Shown: positions 49,960 to 62,749 of the stretch, in pieces
How positions within the stretch are numbered: position 1 is the first letter of the stretch
Layout of the letters: every line of letters begins with the position of its first letter
Assembly: GCA_036172245.1 (NCBI GenBank)
Contig: JAYWIR010000025.1
Span: 1,798,001-1,862,000 of the forward strand
From: Raillietiella orientalis
Lineage: Eukaryota
Direction of reading: 5' to 3'
DNA length: 64,000 bases
Translations under genes and position numbers: made by a program
The notes under the pieces: model-generated
What the model was told of the DNA's origin: nothing
What the model saw: only the letters and a program-made list of their open reading frames with translations
The model's database searches: none

Positions 49960-52630
49960 GCCACAGGACAAAAGGGTCCTGTTGGTCAAAGAGGTCCAGA
50001 GTGGGGGAGGGGGGGGGCACATCAAAAACTTTTGCGATCCATGCCGTGTATTGCACTAACTAGTCTGCCAGCTTCCTGGATTTTGGGGAGTGCAGTGGAG
50101 AGTACAGGCTGGAACTCGGGTCCCGATTTCTCGTTTGAAAAGACCCATCAGAATATTCCGCGCAGTCATCTATACTTCCCTTCGGAGCTTGTTCCTTTTG
50201 GTGAAGAAGGCGATGATCACCCCTCACCGTAAAGTTCTGCATGGGAATGTATCTTTGTCCCTTGAGGACTCCCCTAAGGATCTCCATCTTGGACAGGACC
50301 TGGAGTTGCGTTGTCGACTTCCCCCTTTCCAGTTTTGGACTGAAGATTCTGCACATGTACAGGTGAATGCCGTCTTCTGTATTCCCAAATGCCGAGCATA
50401 GTCCATCGTAAGTTCCATCCTTTCCGACATCCCTATCTCCTTTTTCAGGCTCCAGTCTAGGTGCCTTCTCGGCTACTGCTTACTCCTCTGTACTCTTCTC
50501 AGTACACAGAAGAATGGGAGGGATGTTGCTGGTGGATCTTATAGAAGATGGCTGTTTGCACTCCCTTGTGTCGGCGTCGATCCAGGTCTACATTTATGTT
50601 GCTTATGTGGAGGAGAATGTCCTTCCGCGTCACTTTGTTTGAGGAGGTCTCCAGGAGCGAGCACGATGGTCTCCTTGTTCATGTGGGGTATCCATCACAG
50701 ACAGATAGATGCTTCCGGATTACGTCATCCTCAGGCCCAAGACGCAGCCTTCCCAATTCCTCATCCTTGGAAGAGTTTCAGGATGGTCGGTCAGAGGGTG
50801 TTTTCTTCCAGGATGAAAACTCTCTCCCGTTTCAGGAAGGGAATCTCCATCGTTAGCCTTGGTTAGAACTTAGTCTTGCAGTTTTGTGTCAGCTCTCGCT
50901 CGATGTCTGCAGTCATCTCATGAGTTTCCTCGAGGGAGCAGATGGCTTCGTGTTTGAAGAGACACGTTTGCCGCCTCCTCTTCGCAGGGTGCCTGTATCC
51001 ATTAATGTTCCAGGATGCCACCCTGATCTTCTACAGTGACAACAGGAACTGGGCCATCTAGTGCTTTCGATTGTTCTTGAGGCAAGAACCATTTTCCTCT
51101 TCTTTCTCTGTTAGCTACGATGCAGAGGCTGCGGTCTTCCTGGTTTTCCTTCTGATAGTCTTTTTTTTGCTTGTGTCGCTAGGGGTCCTCAGAGGTGTAC
51201 TCTATCGTCCTGGCCGCGCTGTCAGCAGAGAGTATGGAGTCCCTCTAAGGAACGAGAAGGGGATTCCGCTGACTGCTATTCCTTCTGTTTAGTGTCCCGC
51301 TCCAGCAGAACCAGAGAGAGGATGGTGTTGTGCATCGTCTTCTCCAGACCGCCGATAACTCAGGAGCGGTTGTTCTCGCGTCCCTGGAAGTCACTGGGGG
51401 TCTTGCATTCGTCCAGGGATGCACTGATGTACCGCCAGGGTTTGCTGGCCCTCGCCCTCGTCCATTGATAGTTTGTTGGCACCTGTTGATCGCCGTCTGC
51501 AGTACTGCAGGAGCGTCGCAGTTCTCCCGCTTAGACGCGGGGTCTATGGTTACGAAAGTAGGGGAACGGGTGACTGGGTGCCACTCAGCACAGACTCTTA
51601 CGTCTGCGGTGCTTTTCCCACGATAGTTTTTCGGGATTTGCATTTTTTTCCTTTTGATTGTTTTGCCCTATGCCGTGGCCATGGTTAGGCAGTGGCTGGT
51701 GTCAGGGTGGGTTCAGAAATCAGTAATACCTAGAACTCCATGAACATCCGCGATGTTTTTTTGACATCCGCGATGCTCATGACCCATCACCTTACAGAAG
51801 TAGCAGCGTTTGGGTCCGATGTTTCGTCTGCGGTCTCTAGACTTGTCGCACCATCCGCACTTGCCTCTGGGATATCCGCCGTCTTGTGGCTGAACACCAT
51901 GCAGCTATGTTGCGAGAGTCCGGCTGCTCGCAGTAGGTGACTTGCACTTTCTGCGAGTGCTCGTCCAGTTGGATGATATTGGGGATTTTGGATCTTTTCT
52001 GTATCAGGATCTTCATCAGGGCCTGGCCTCTCGAGCATCCTCCGAGGCACACTGTCTCTCATAGGAGGACGACTCTCCCTCGTTTTGTTCGAAATACTTC
52101 CTGGTAGTGAGATTGTTCGTTTTTACTTTGAGGCTGGAGAGATGCATGGTTGTCGCACAGTGTGCTGACATCCTATGAAGGTTTCTTCCGTTGAGAAGCA
52201 GTCCGTTTTTGACGATATCATGGATGATGGGAGGGCTGTCTGTGTACACGGAGAATCCCTATGAAAAAAACGTGATTGTATTGATCTGATTGAAAATAAT
52301 CTTACAGTGGATCGCGAGGTATGTGTCACACACCACGTTATTGCTTGAGGAGCCCAGAGATGATGGTCACTTACGGATCGAAATCCTTCAGGGGACCGTC
52401 TTCATCTTTAATTAAAGGTCAGGCGATTACGCTTCGTTGCGTAGTTGTCACGGTCGCTCCGATTGGTAAGGACGCGGTCACCGTTACGTACGATAACGCA
52501 AATGACCTTACTTGCAATGGCGGTTGCCTCGACCTCCGCCGGACGTCCTTGCTTCCTCTTTGTTCCATGGCAGATCGGTGGCAGTGGTCTCGCGCTGCGG
52601 ATGGCCCGCACTCTACACATTCCACAGTGT
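49960..52630 (-). mobile_element. 5' half of an L1/Tx1-like non-LTR retrotransposon (ORF1 plus AP endonuclease), degenerate
   Basis: ORF2 start KIRVASWNINGYRHPAKRRR...ICSLEETHE (51030-50920) is a clear APE motif, followed by ISNINVDLDR and WRSLGES. Upstream ORF1-like DIVKNGLLLNGRNL...RKYFEQ and a degenerate Cys/His knuckle RVCAEWHP. GC/CpG-rich relative to flanks; stops and frameshifts present. Confidence 0.82.
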
Positions 52631-52671
52631 CTTCAGGGTATCTTTGTATTTCTCTGTTTGACCCCGTCTGG

Positions 52672-52729
52672 GTGCAAAAACACTGCCACGGCAGCAGTAT
52701 TTTATGCTGCCGTGGCAGTGCTTTTGCAC
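52672..52729. repeat. Near-perfect inverted repeat (25-bp arms, 8-nt loop)
   Basis: gtgcaaaaacactgccacggcagca-gtatttta-tgctgccgtggcagtgcttttgcac, one mismatch. Confidence 0.9.
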
Positions 52730-54309
52730 AGTATTATTCTCTTGTAGAAGTTAGCTTTAAAAAGAATGTTTCGAAGCCTAAAGTACTGTGACTGGAGTTT
52801 GTCTTGCAGATAACTTTGGTATGTATTTTTCTTCATATGTTTCCAAACTCTGCGCAGAAACTTTAGAATTAAGTTTCCGTCAGTCCATAGTTGAAGGGAT
52901 GATGCATACAAAGTAAAAGGAATTCATGATGACAAAGTTGGGTTAACCTAATCATTTTTTCAAGGATCGCCTCCATCTTTAATTTACTTACACATTTCTG
53001 ATAACCTTTTAGCTTGAATTTTTGGAACTTTAAGGGATGATCAAAATCTTGAGAATGAAGTTTCATGGAATCTGTAACCGATATGTAATCTTGGTTCAAA
53101 CTAGAACTGTACAAGTACTGATGAGTTCAAGTTCTACCAGCAATTTTCACTTGAGTTAAAGATGCATTTGCTGATTTAGTCGCAAAAAACAGTCAGCACA
53201 GAATCCTCATTCGGGCATTCACGTGTATCCAGGTAATTCTGGATGATCAACCAGGATCACCTTGTATGGGAAAGCATTTGAAGCCTGGTTGAGTAAACAT
53301 CGTTGCGTAAAAGTTGATGGATAGTGATCTTGTCATATAAATGCTCACGGAAATACGGAAGTTTCCAGCGAGAATTTAATTTGGTGATGTCGTCGATTAA
53401 CAGGGACCAGTAGCTTTAAACTCTGTGATTTTTTTTTTTTTTTGATAAGGACTTTATTTTAGAAAATAAACTGTATTGATTCAAGTATTGATGGAAAAGA
53501 ATATATTTCGTATTGTTTCCTTCCATATCAATTTAATATACTTTCTAAGAGTGGATCTCAAAATCTCAAATGCGGAAGCCTTAAACATTTGGTTTTCATG
53601 AAGGCATGGTAGGCTTGGGAGCACCCTATACAGCACTTTATCCTGGTGGTCACATGTACGCGTGGTTTCGAAATGCTTTCCTTATGTATATGAAGTATTA
53701 AAGCCGCGCGGTGATTCTATTCTGAAGAGCTAGCTGCCGTAGTTTTGTGTTCAGAGTTAAAGGCTTTAAATCCCCTTTTTGCATATTCTCTACGAAAGTA
53801 GAGCAAACGCGGAAGGGGGATTCGAAGGAGTTCAATTTGTTCGGAGAGCAGCAGTGAAAATAAAGCTGGTGTATGTTGGAAAGAGTTGAAGATTAATTAT
53901 AGGGGCAGCTCAAATACTGCAGTGTCAGTAATAAACTAGCAAAAGGTGCAAAGAGTAAATTACCGAAAGCTTCTTTTAAGAACTGATACTTTAGCTGTAC
54001 AAAAATGTGAAGCATAACAGAACAGAACAGCTCCTGAGGCTGCGTTCAGGCATCGCACTACTGAAGAACAGACCTTGGTCATTGGGCTGCATAATCGAGC
54101 GTTATGAAAAAATTGCATGACCACAGAGCCAGTTGCCCTCGAACAAAGGTGCACTACTTTTGCAGGATCGGTATGAAGGCAGGCCGGTGCTTTTTTCGTG
54201 TTTTTCACAAAACCGTAAGTTGTGAGAGCTGAAATACGATTTCATAAGTGCACTCTCTGGAACCTCTAACCGTAACGATATGCGAAAATATTTCTAACCA
54301 TCACGAAAA

Positions 54310-54353
54310 GGATGGAAATCCCCAAGTGCTTGGGGATTTCCATCCCCAAGCAC
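54310..54353. repeat. Overlapping perfect palindromes
   Basis: ggatggaaatccccaag-tg-cttggggatttccatcc (17-bp arms) overlaps gtgcttgggga-tttcca-tccccaagcac (11-bp arms). Confidence 0.9.
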
Positions 54354-56199
54354 CCCAAGCACAAAGTGCTTAAACTTCAACAAACGGAACACATCGAATT
54401 CCTCCCATGGTAACACTAATTTTCCAAGTTTCTTATGAACGGTGGGCAGACAACACCCCAAATATGAAAGAGGGCGAAACAACAACAGTTATCGGATAAC
54501 AAGGATTCATAAAAGGGAATAACACTGGAATAAATCGCCGAGATTAAACGAAGTAATGCAAAGTTCCTCCTCATTGCTCGACAGACCTTTGAAGGATTAT
54601 CAAAACTTATCAGGCTTCTCATGCTTGCAGCATCGGATCGCAGCATTGAGAAAAAGGGTTGCCAGAGGACGTATGAGTGGGTACTGTCAAATAAAAAAAA
54701 ATTCGTTATGAAATAATTGAATTTTGATTTTCTTTATGAAATAATAACATTCCATCGCAACTTGATTATTTACCAGAGGGGTGCTTACGTCAGTAAAATG
54801 AAGTATCGGTAGTCAGGTGTCCGTTTCGTGAAATATGTTGGTGGGTGAGCCGTTGCGTCGGACGACTCACCAGTGCCATGATTCCATCTCGGGAAATCCT
54901 TGTGGTTGCAGTACATAATACACTGTCTGGTTTGTTCCGGGGTGGATATCTGTAAGCGGGTGAGGGCCCCACATTCAGAAACGTTTCATCTATTTCATCT
55001 ACTTAGAACAACTGCACCCTGCGTCCAAGTAAGACCCAGAGCTGTACTTTGCCGCGTTATAAAGCATAAGGTAATTCGAAAACAAAGTTATAGAAATAAT
55101 TAAACACAAGTGTATACATCATTGCATACTTTCGTTGTTTTTTCAGTAGCCGACAGTCTTGGAAATGGATCCTTCTATTGTCGGTTGAAAAAAGCAATCA
55201 TCTGTTTAGATGCTTTATCTTCCCTTTCTTTCTTCTTCTGATCTGTACTGTTTTTGCAAAACTTCACCTCTAGGGTTGTTGTTGTCTCAGAAAGCACCTC
55301 ATGAGTAAAGTTTCATTTGCCAGACGTTCCCCTTTCAGACAAATACTCAACACAAAATGTGCAAAAAGTTATACCCAAAGACATGTAGAATCTGTAAAAT
55401 TCAGTGCTCTGGCATTCAAATGCTTTCTCCATTTTAAGAGTACCTTGAACTTCTTTTCTGTTCGAGGTTTTACTTATTTTCATTCTGTTCTTAACCTTAA
55501 AAAGGTAGGTTTTGTTACTACAGTCTGCATCCCTACGTGAGCAATCACGTGACCACCTCCCGGGTCAATGAGGACGATCATGCTTATCTCACATGAAGAA
55601 AATTTGATCCCTAATTCTGGACACGTACTGTTTTCAAAAGAAGTGGGTATTTCCAAAAATCATCGAAAGAAACACACACTGATGCCATTGCCTTCTAAAC
55701 TGTCAAACTAGCACGCTGTGGCTGAGGATGTTTCCACACTATTAATTTTTCCCTCCACACAAGTGCATAGGAGAGTAGCTCTAACGAAATATTAATTTAA
55801 AATTGACAACATAGTAATGACTTATTAATTTCACACCTATTATCAGTTTAACCGCTAGCTCAATTTCTAAAATGCTCTTCTACTCGTGAAATGGATTAAG
55901 AAAAAAAACTCCCCCAAGTCTAAATTCGCTTCACGTTAAAAAAATATTCCTCAGGTTCTGCAAAGTATTTTGAAAACTAAAACAATCTTTTATCAGATCA
56001 TTTATGCGTGTATTCATAAGATCTGCAATGCAGTGAATGTAAATGTGATGATGACAAATGCGAGTTTTAAAGGTGATCTTACGACGTTGATTGGAATGGT
56101 CCGAAGCTTCCGGTGGAATTCATGCTTCACCCATTGCTTCCTCTGAGACTTCAGGCCGCAGCTTCAAAGTATCCTCAGTTCTAATCTGGCTTCCTCGTA

Positions 56200-58300
56200 T
56201 TTCCTTTTCAGACGCTTCCATTCCTTTTTTTGATTTATCATCTTTCGTTCAGCAAATGCAACCAGAAATTCATATTCCTTTCCTTTTCGAAATACGCACT
56301 GGAATATCTTCGATGGAAATATCTTCCTTCAATTCCGCTTATTTTCGGGAGGCGACGTCGATTATCTGTGTTTCCCTATTCCAATGCAGGCTGCGACCGT
56401 GCAAATAGCCAGGAAACCGCACACGACCCTACTTTGGTTCCTTTGAATTCCATTAAACGAAATGCCTAGCAGTTCCCATGCAATTCATGGAATTCAGATC
56501 AAAAACTTTTTAGATTTGCATGGTGGTGAGTTTCACTGCGTGGATTTTCGTGAGCATATTTTCTTAGATCGGACGCGTTGATCAATGTTCAGTTCATTCT
56601 GAAGATGCTCTGCTACTGTCACGTACTTCAATCATAAAAAATAGCATCGTTTATGAAACGGAAGCTGCAGCACTAGTGCAATCCCCATTCTTCGATAATT
56701 CGAAATCCCAAACTACAGGATGAACTCATGGTGCACAGAGTGCTGATTGAACCTTTTGGTACGTAATCAGCTGCGGCAATTTTGCAAGGAAAACAAAGTA
56801 ACATTCGAGAGATCACGGGAAGATATGAAACTTTTGGATTAAACACCAAAAGTGAACGTGAAATCTCATCTTTCTTTTGTGGTCCAGATATTTTCCAGGT
56901 GTACCACGGCAGCAGATGAAATCCATGGTGATTCATTCTCACGGTTCCCACAAAAATTCTTATTCTTAATGTCAGTAAAGTTGTAGGAATCTCAGTGATG
57001 AATATTTCAGCGAGAGATGCAGTGCAGATTAGCTGAGTGCACTCCCATCACCAAACATACTGTCGTTATGTGCATTTCAGTTTCCTGTCCTAAGAAATCG
57101 CATTGCCGTATTTTCAAACAGAAGAGGTAGTTTGTTTCATGTTTACTCCAGTGACTAGTGATAGTTCCATATTTTCTTATCTAGTAATAATTTAGATATG
57201 TTTTGATTAAAGGAAGTAACTTCCGACGTTCTTCTTCAAGCGCCCAAATGGGCAACTCCTCTGATGCGATAAATCAACAACTCTGCCTCTTTCATGGAGT
57301 CCAGCGTCCATGCTGACTCCCTAACATTTGGATGGCACTGAAGCAATGTGTTTGGGGTGCCGCTCATTTCCAAACTTTCCAATGATCATAAAGTGAAAAA
57401 ATCCATGGATTGAGTAATTGCCGGAATTACTTTTCCTGAAACTTTTTCGTCTGCTGGAAGCAGTAAAGCAGCACTTTTAATCGGGTCCGACGCTCTGTGC
57501 TAATCTGAAGGAATCAGCATGAGGGGCATCAAGATAGCTGGAATAAGTCCGAACACGATTCCCTGAAGAAGGAAATTTGGTTTCTCTTTACTGTCCCCGG
57601 AGAGAGGGAAAAAAAGGTGATGAGCAAAAGCACCAATTGAATGATGTGCCCACAATAATTTTTTTTTGCACTCTGAAAAATCACTTTTATAGCGAACATG
57701 TTTCAAGAGTCGATTCACTTGATGCTGAGGTTCCTGTTGATTCAACAGGCACAAATACGTCATTTCAGCTGTGCATCACCGGGGAAACAAATAATACTTT
57801 TTGCGTTGAAAAATGTTCTGTCGTTTTCTGAGGCACATTTTTGATTAAGATAAAGTATTCTCACACAATGAAACTTACCATCCCGTATTAGCTGTCATCT
57901 GCGTTTGACTGCTCCATGATCCTAAGGATTGCAATAGGTGAAAATCTGGAAGAGCAATGCTGTCACCTCAGTGTATTCTGTTTTCCTTGTCACAATCCAC
58001 AGCTTATTCAAAATCTGGAGGCTTTCCAAAAACATCAGCGACTTCCCATTATAGATCTGCCCAAGTTTTCCATCTTTCGAGGTTTGTCGTTTCATCATAG
58101 TCCTTTCTCCCACAAGACATCAAGAGCCTCACACACATATACTGTATCGTTAACATGAATCAATGGTTTCGGAGTACTCTAGAATCATCGAATCCGTCTA
58201 TCCCTGCTTATGAGCAGCAAATGACTGAGCAGCCATTCCAGCTGCTCAACAAAACGAAATCGTGATATTTTCCCAAGGGATGTGTTGTAGCATTTTCAGA
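56200..58300 (-). mobile_element. Decayed LINE RT and C-terminal relic
   Basis: LLQGIVFGLIP (~57545-57575, PQGSVLGP-like) and QPALE*G (~56375-56395, RPxLEYG-like) occur in collinear order. Confidence 0.4.
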
Positions 58301-58449
58301 CGCTACCTATCTTTTCGTAAGCGTTCATGTAACCCATCGGGACTGCAGATGCGTTCAACGATTCTCATCTCTTTAATCATCAGCGAATTATGTTGAATGG
58401 AGGAAAGTGTCGAGGTAACCCGTCCGCAATGCTTATTAAGCTCTAGGAA

Positions 58450-59800
58450 AGGGGATTAAAGCATTGGTAATCAAAGATAATGAGCCACTATCTTGGCCAC
58501 AAAACCTCGTCCAGGTTTCCTGACCACTGCTTCGATGCGAATCTAGATTTCGAAAGGTCTAAAAACAGCCAGAAAAGGGGGAAAAAACACGGAAAGTTAC
58601 TCGCGTGTGCTCTCGTAAGCATGGGGACCAACAGCGCAAAATTTGATTCTCATTTGGGGAATTCGCGCAGAAAACACGCCGTAGCTGTGGAGATCACATC
58701 CAAGGTTAACTAGACATCTTTGATGTTTTGGACCCTTGACGAGTCTTTTAGCCGTGCTTCCAAACGGATCCGGTCTTCTCGTAACTCCATTTGTGAGGAT
58801 AAAAGTTCACCAAAAAAGAGAACTCGAATCCTGGAGGGAGAGAGAGAAGAACTAGGGGGAACGGAAAAGGCGCTGCATTTTATCAGTACGGAGGCGCTGA
58901 AATCCTCTCTAGTAAAGAATGTCTAAGAACAACTCGAAATCCTGCAGCGGTGTGGGGCTGTTAATTCAACTTTCAAGTATTTCAGCAGCACTTACTTCCT
59001 AATATGCCAGCTTGCACCAAAGGGACCGTGCCATTTGATGTTTCTTTCTGGGACTCTAAAGAAAAAAAAAAAAAAAAGATCTATATCTTTGCGTTATCAG
59101 CTCACGCGCTTTCGTGTCGGTGGTGGGTTCTTAACTTGCTCGAGTCATACGTCCCTCCTTAAGTATCAAAATGTAAGGAGCGTTGTACGGGAGACATTGA
59201 GGTCTCCCGTGCAACGCCCGCCGACACCAGTGGACCTGAGGGAGTGGAAGCCCAACTGCAGCAGGTGCGGAGAAAGAGAGTTTCTCTCGCACCTGCTCAT
59301 GGGCTGTGTTGTCCTCCGCTCCCTGTGGGAACGCTTTGCTGCGTCCCTGCGGAACCCCGAGGGCAACCCCAGAGACATTCTGAAGCGCCCCCTTCCTGAG
59401 CGACGCCCTCACGCCGGCAGCATCTCCAGCAGTGCTGTGCTGCCCACGCAGCGGGACCGTGGCTGCATGGAGCAACGCAAGAGGAGGCCAAAATGATAGA
59501 GTCGCCATCTATTTTGCCGTCCTCTTCAAGAGGATAGCATCAAGATAACCCCATTTGGGGATACTAAAACTTGCCGGCATCCTTACAAGGATGCAGAAGA
59601 CTCCTTCCAGCACCCGGTGATCCCTTTCCAAACCCTCCCAATTTTTTGTCGTAAATGTTTTATTATTTCATTTTTTTTTTTGGCTGTTTCTCCTGCCCCT
59701 CTGCTGCCGAGGAGAACCTCGCCGGCCTGCTCGCTGGTTCTCGGCAGATTCCTTTTTGTATATGTATATATACATGTAACGTGGAATAAGTACATGTTTG
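58450..59800 (+). mobile_element. Internally deleted L1/Tx1-like element: endonuclease relic, C-terminal CCHC zinc knuckle and 3'UTR
   Basis: CFDANLDFER and FWTLDES (endonuclease end), CSRCGEREFLSHLLMGC (CX2CX7HX4C), and a 3' part homologous to 20540-21130. Confidence 0.72.
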
Positions 59801-60849
59801 TTTCATAAAAATAACCACACAAGTCCTGCCACTGACTTGTGTGTTTATTTTTTACAAGTAAACGTCCCGGAGCAACCAGGTGTCAATCCTTACATGTCAA
59901 AAGGGTGGCATGACCTGCATGAGGGTCAGCAGAGCCAGCGCTTCGAAGACGAGCTTTGATGCTGAGGAATGCACTTGCGAGGTTTCCTCACGTTTTCATC
60001 GGGAACTGTTTTTCCGGTGAAGCCTCCCGTGAGTTTCCGTTAAAGAGTTTCCAAGTTCATCAGCTCTTGCTCTGTTCAGGCATTTCCACATGAAGTTTGC
60101 TATGCCACGAAGAAGAAATCGAGCTGAGCACAGCATCATCACGATAACTATGATTTGAGAGTATTGGCGAGTCCATGGTCAGGGTTTCTGCCGTGCCTGA
60201 TCGTGGGAAACACAAGAATTAAAACGCTAAAGAATATGACAGTGCATCTTCATTCCTTCACAGAAGTGATTTTAGACGTTAGATGAAATTATCTCGATTG
60301 CTGATTGCCAATTTCTTCGTTCATGGGATAGAAGTTTACAGGTCCAAACAATTCCACTAAAGAACACCGGAGAATGCTAATCCAGAAAACTCAAGAGCTC
60401 ATATGCCAAATTCTGTCATGTGCCCATGGGAAATCTCTGGCTTTCCACTACACTTCTAATATTGAACAGACAGCGAAACGGACGCATCCTAATCGTTCAT
60501 CCGAAAGCATTTGGGATATTCAGGAGAAGCATCGTCAGCTAAAAGATGACAAAACAGAGAAGCGATTGTGTGTATGATCTTATGCTTCTCGAAAGAGGAA
60601 GACGGATGAGGCTCGCGATTTCTCTCCCTTGTGTCCCGCGAATTCATCCGCAAGTCCCTTGACCTCAGTTTCACTGAAAGTGTTTCCGTTCAGTGAGACT
60701 GAGGTGACTTCAGAGGGTCTGCATGGTACCAGATGACCAAGTCTTCAGGGTGTTTCTTGGCTATCCATACATGCGAAGCCGTGGCATTCAAAGAGATATA
60801 GCGCAGTTTGTAAATGATTAGCTTAGTTCAAAATAAAGACTGCAGATAT

Positions 60850-61500
60850 TTAGGGGTGCCTGCGTGCTTTTAATACTCAGTCTTGTTCCAATGAGGCCTG
60901 ACTCCAAATCCGCATCCAAAATCGAGCTTCTACATTTTCATCACGCAATCCAAAGTATTTGTTTTCCTGTAATTTTTTCCCTCCTAATCCCTAATTTTCG
61001 GACTTCAATTAGGTACCCGATGTCTTGGAAACTGGCTTGGAAATGCAAGCGGGCTGGCAAGTACCACGTCTCAGTTTTCATGGTTTGCTGAATTAATTAT
61101 AGGGTCCCTGCTCGTGGCAGTTTTGCATTTAATTTTCCTAACGGTCAGATGCCCCAATCACAAAGTTGGACCACTCACATCAGTGCAGTCTCCCTGCGTC
61201 GTTCACTGCTCACGGGGCTGACGCATTAGTCATGTCATGTGATGTTTCGGGGTTTCTGCGTGTTCGTCTTTGCTGCGCCTCTCAATGGCAAGGAAAATGG
61301 CGACCACATTTCAAGAATGCTCCAGAGGAGAAACTAAGTGGGGGTTATCATACGTTTAAGAGGTGCGGGTACCGCAGTACCAGTCTTTTGAGGCCAGTAA
61401 CACGTGATTTGAGCAGTCTTTCAACTAGGACGGGAGCATTCTCTGTTAACGATTTGGGCAGTAAAATAATTATAGGGCACTCCAAGACGCACCTGTGATA
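60850..61500 (+). mobile_element. Decayed LINE relic
   Basis: MRPD...SLLIPNFRTSIRYPMSWKLA..KRAGK resembles GPD...LFNxSxxxGxxPxxWKxA; SWTTHI follows downstream. Confidence 0.5.
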
Positions 61501-62749
61501 AACCATCCATAAAGGAGACGAACCCGCAGATACGCATCGGACCCTCAAAAGCACCAAAAGTGTTTCAAGAAACACATCCGTTTCAAGAAACAGCAAATGC
61601 TGAACTTTCAAAACCATCTTACGTTTCTTACACTTTGTATTTTATCTAAACTACTACGGTCTTCTTTCGAAGGTCAGTTCACTCGTCTGAAAGGCACTAT
61701 TTTATTGAAGCAGTTTATTCCATTAGGATTACTGTAATCATGGACCAGGTAAAGAGAAATACCGCAAAAAAATCAACCGTACCTAAAGTACTGTGGCCAC
61801 GAGAGTGCGATTTGGCAAATGATGTGAGAGATATCTGTTGCAAAAGAATTCCAGGCTTAAGTTAATGGCTACCGATGACAGCATGGGTGCTGTTCAGCTT
61901 GCAAGAGAATATTGGTGGTTATTTTCAAATGTATGAGTAACTTGAAAATTTCTGGCTCCAATGATAGCGCCCATGGAGTCATTATTTGCATTTAAGTAGT
62001 GGTGCTTAAGAGCTGTGAGCAGTGGGCAACTTGCAAAAGTCCAGGAACTCGTTGATCTGAGTTAAATTCCGTATAAAAATCCTGCAGGGAAATTCAGTGC
62101 ATGATGCTGAAATCCATCTGTTCCACACATCTCTTAAAACATGGAGTCTTGCATCTACAGTCCACCGGGATTTCTGGGTCCTAGATTAAATCACGGGCTG
62201 TTTGCTTCGGTTCTACGAGATTCTTACAGTCGTCACGTGGTCTCCTTGCCACTGACTAATCAAAAAAGATCGGAGTCTCGAAAACACATCTTCCGACACT
62301 GAGGAATGAGATATTTCTGAACTAAGAAAAAAAATGAAGAATTTCCCAGCCCAATATCCCCAATGAGTGCATTCTGTGTTCCTAAGAAATCAAGGGGATT
62401 TCATAACCAGCAGCGGAGAAGTCCCAATTTTCGGGGGAGTTTACTTCCGGGTTCAATTTTCATTTTCATCCTTTTTCACCTCCTGCATGGTTCATCGAAG
62501 GCGATAATCGAGTTTTCATTCACCGTCACAGTCAGCCATCTGAACCGTTTTTGAGGACAACTTCCTGATTGCCGTTCTGAGATGAGATGTGAACAATTTC
62601 GTTGGCGCAGGATGAGTTGAGTTTTCTGGTTCGAGACGTCTGACTTGGACGATGATCTTCGATGACATCTTCAGAAGAAGAGCTCTCAAAGCAGCGACTA
62701 GCAATCGTTTCCAAGGTGGACCGAGGTAGTCGGTGTCCGATTGCATCTG

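Noticed and set aside
53118..53160. CTGATGAG hammerhead-like core
   Set aside because: No stem II or GAAA partner motif nearby.
53865..53930. Possible tRNA-derived SINE head
   Set aside because: A and B boxes are too degenerate and the stems do not pair convincingly.
28236..61595. Scattered short direct repeats (e.g. ~28236, 33063, 40092, 41877, 61562) as CRISPR-like arrays
   Set aside because: Only two copies each, no regular spacers and no cas genes; ordinary micro-duplications in eukaryotic DNA.
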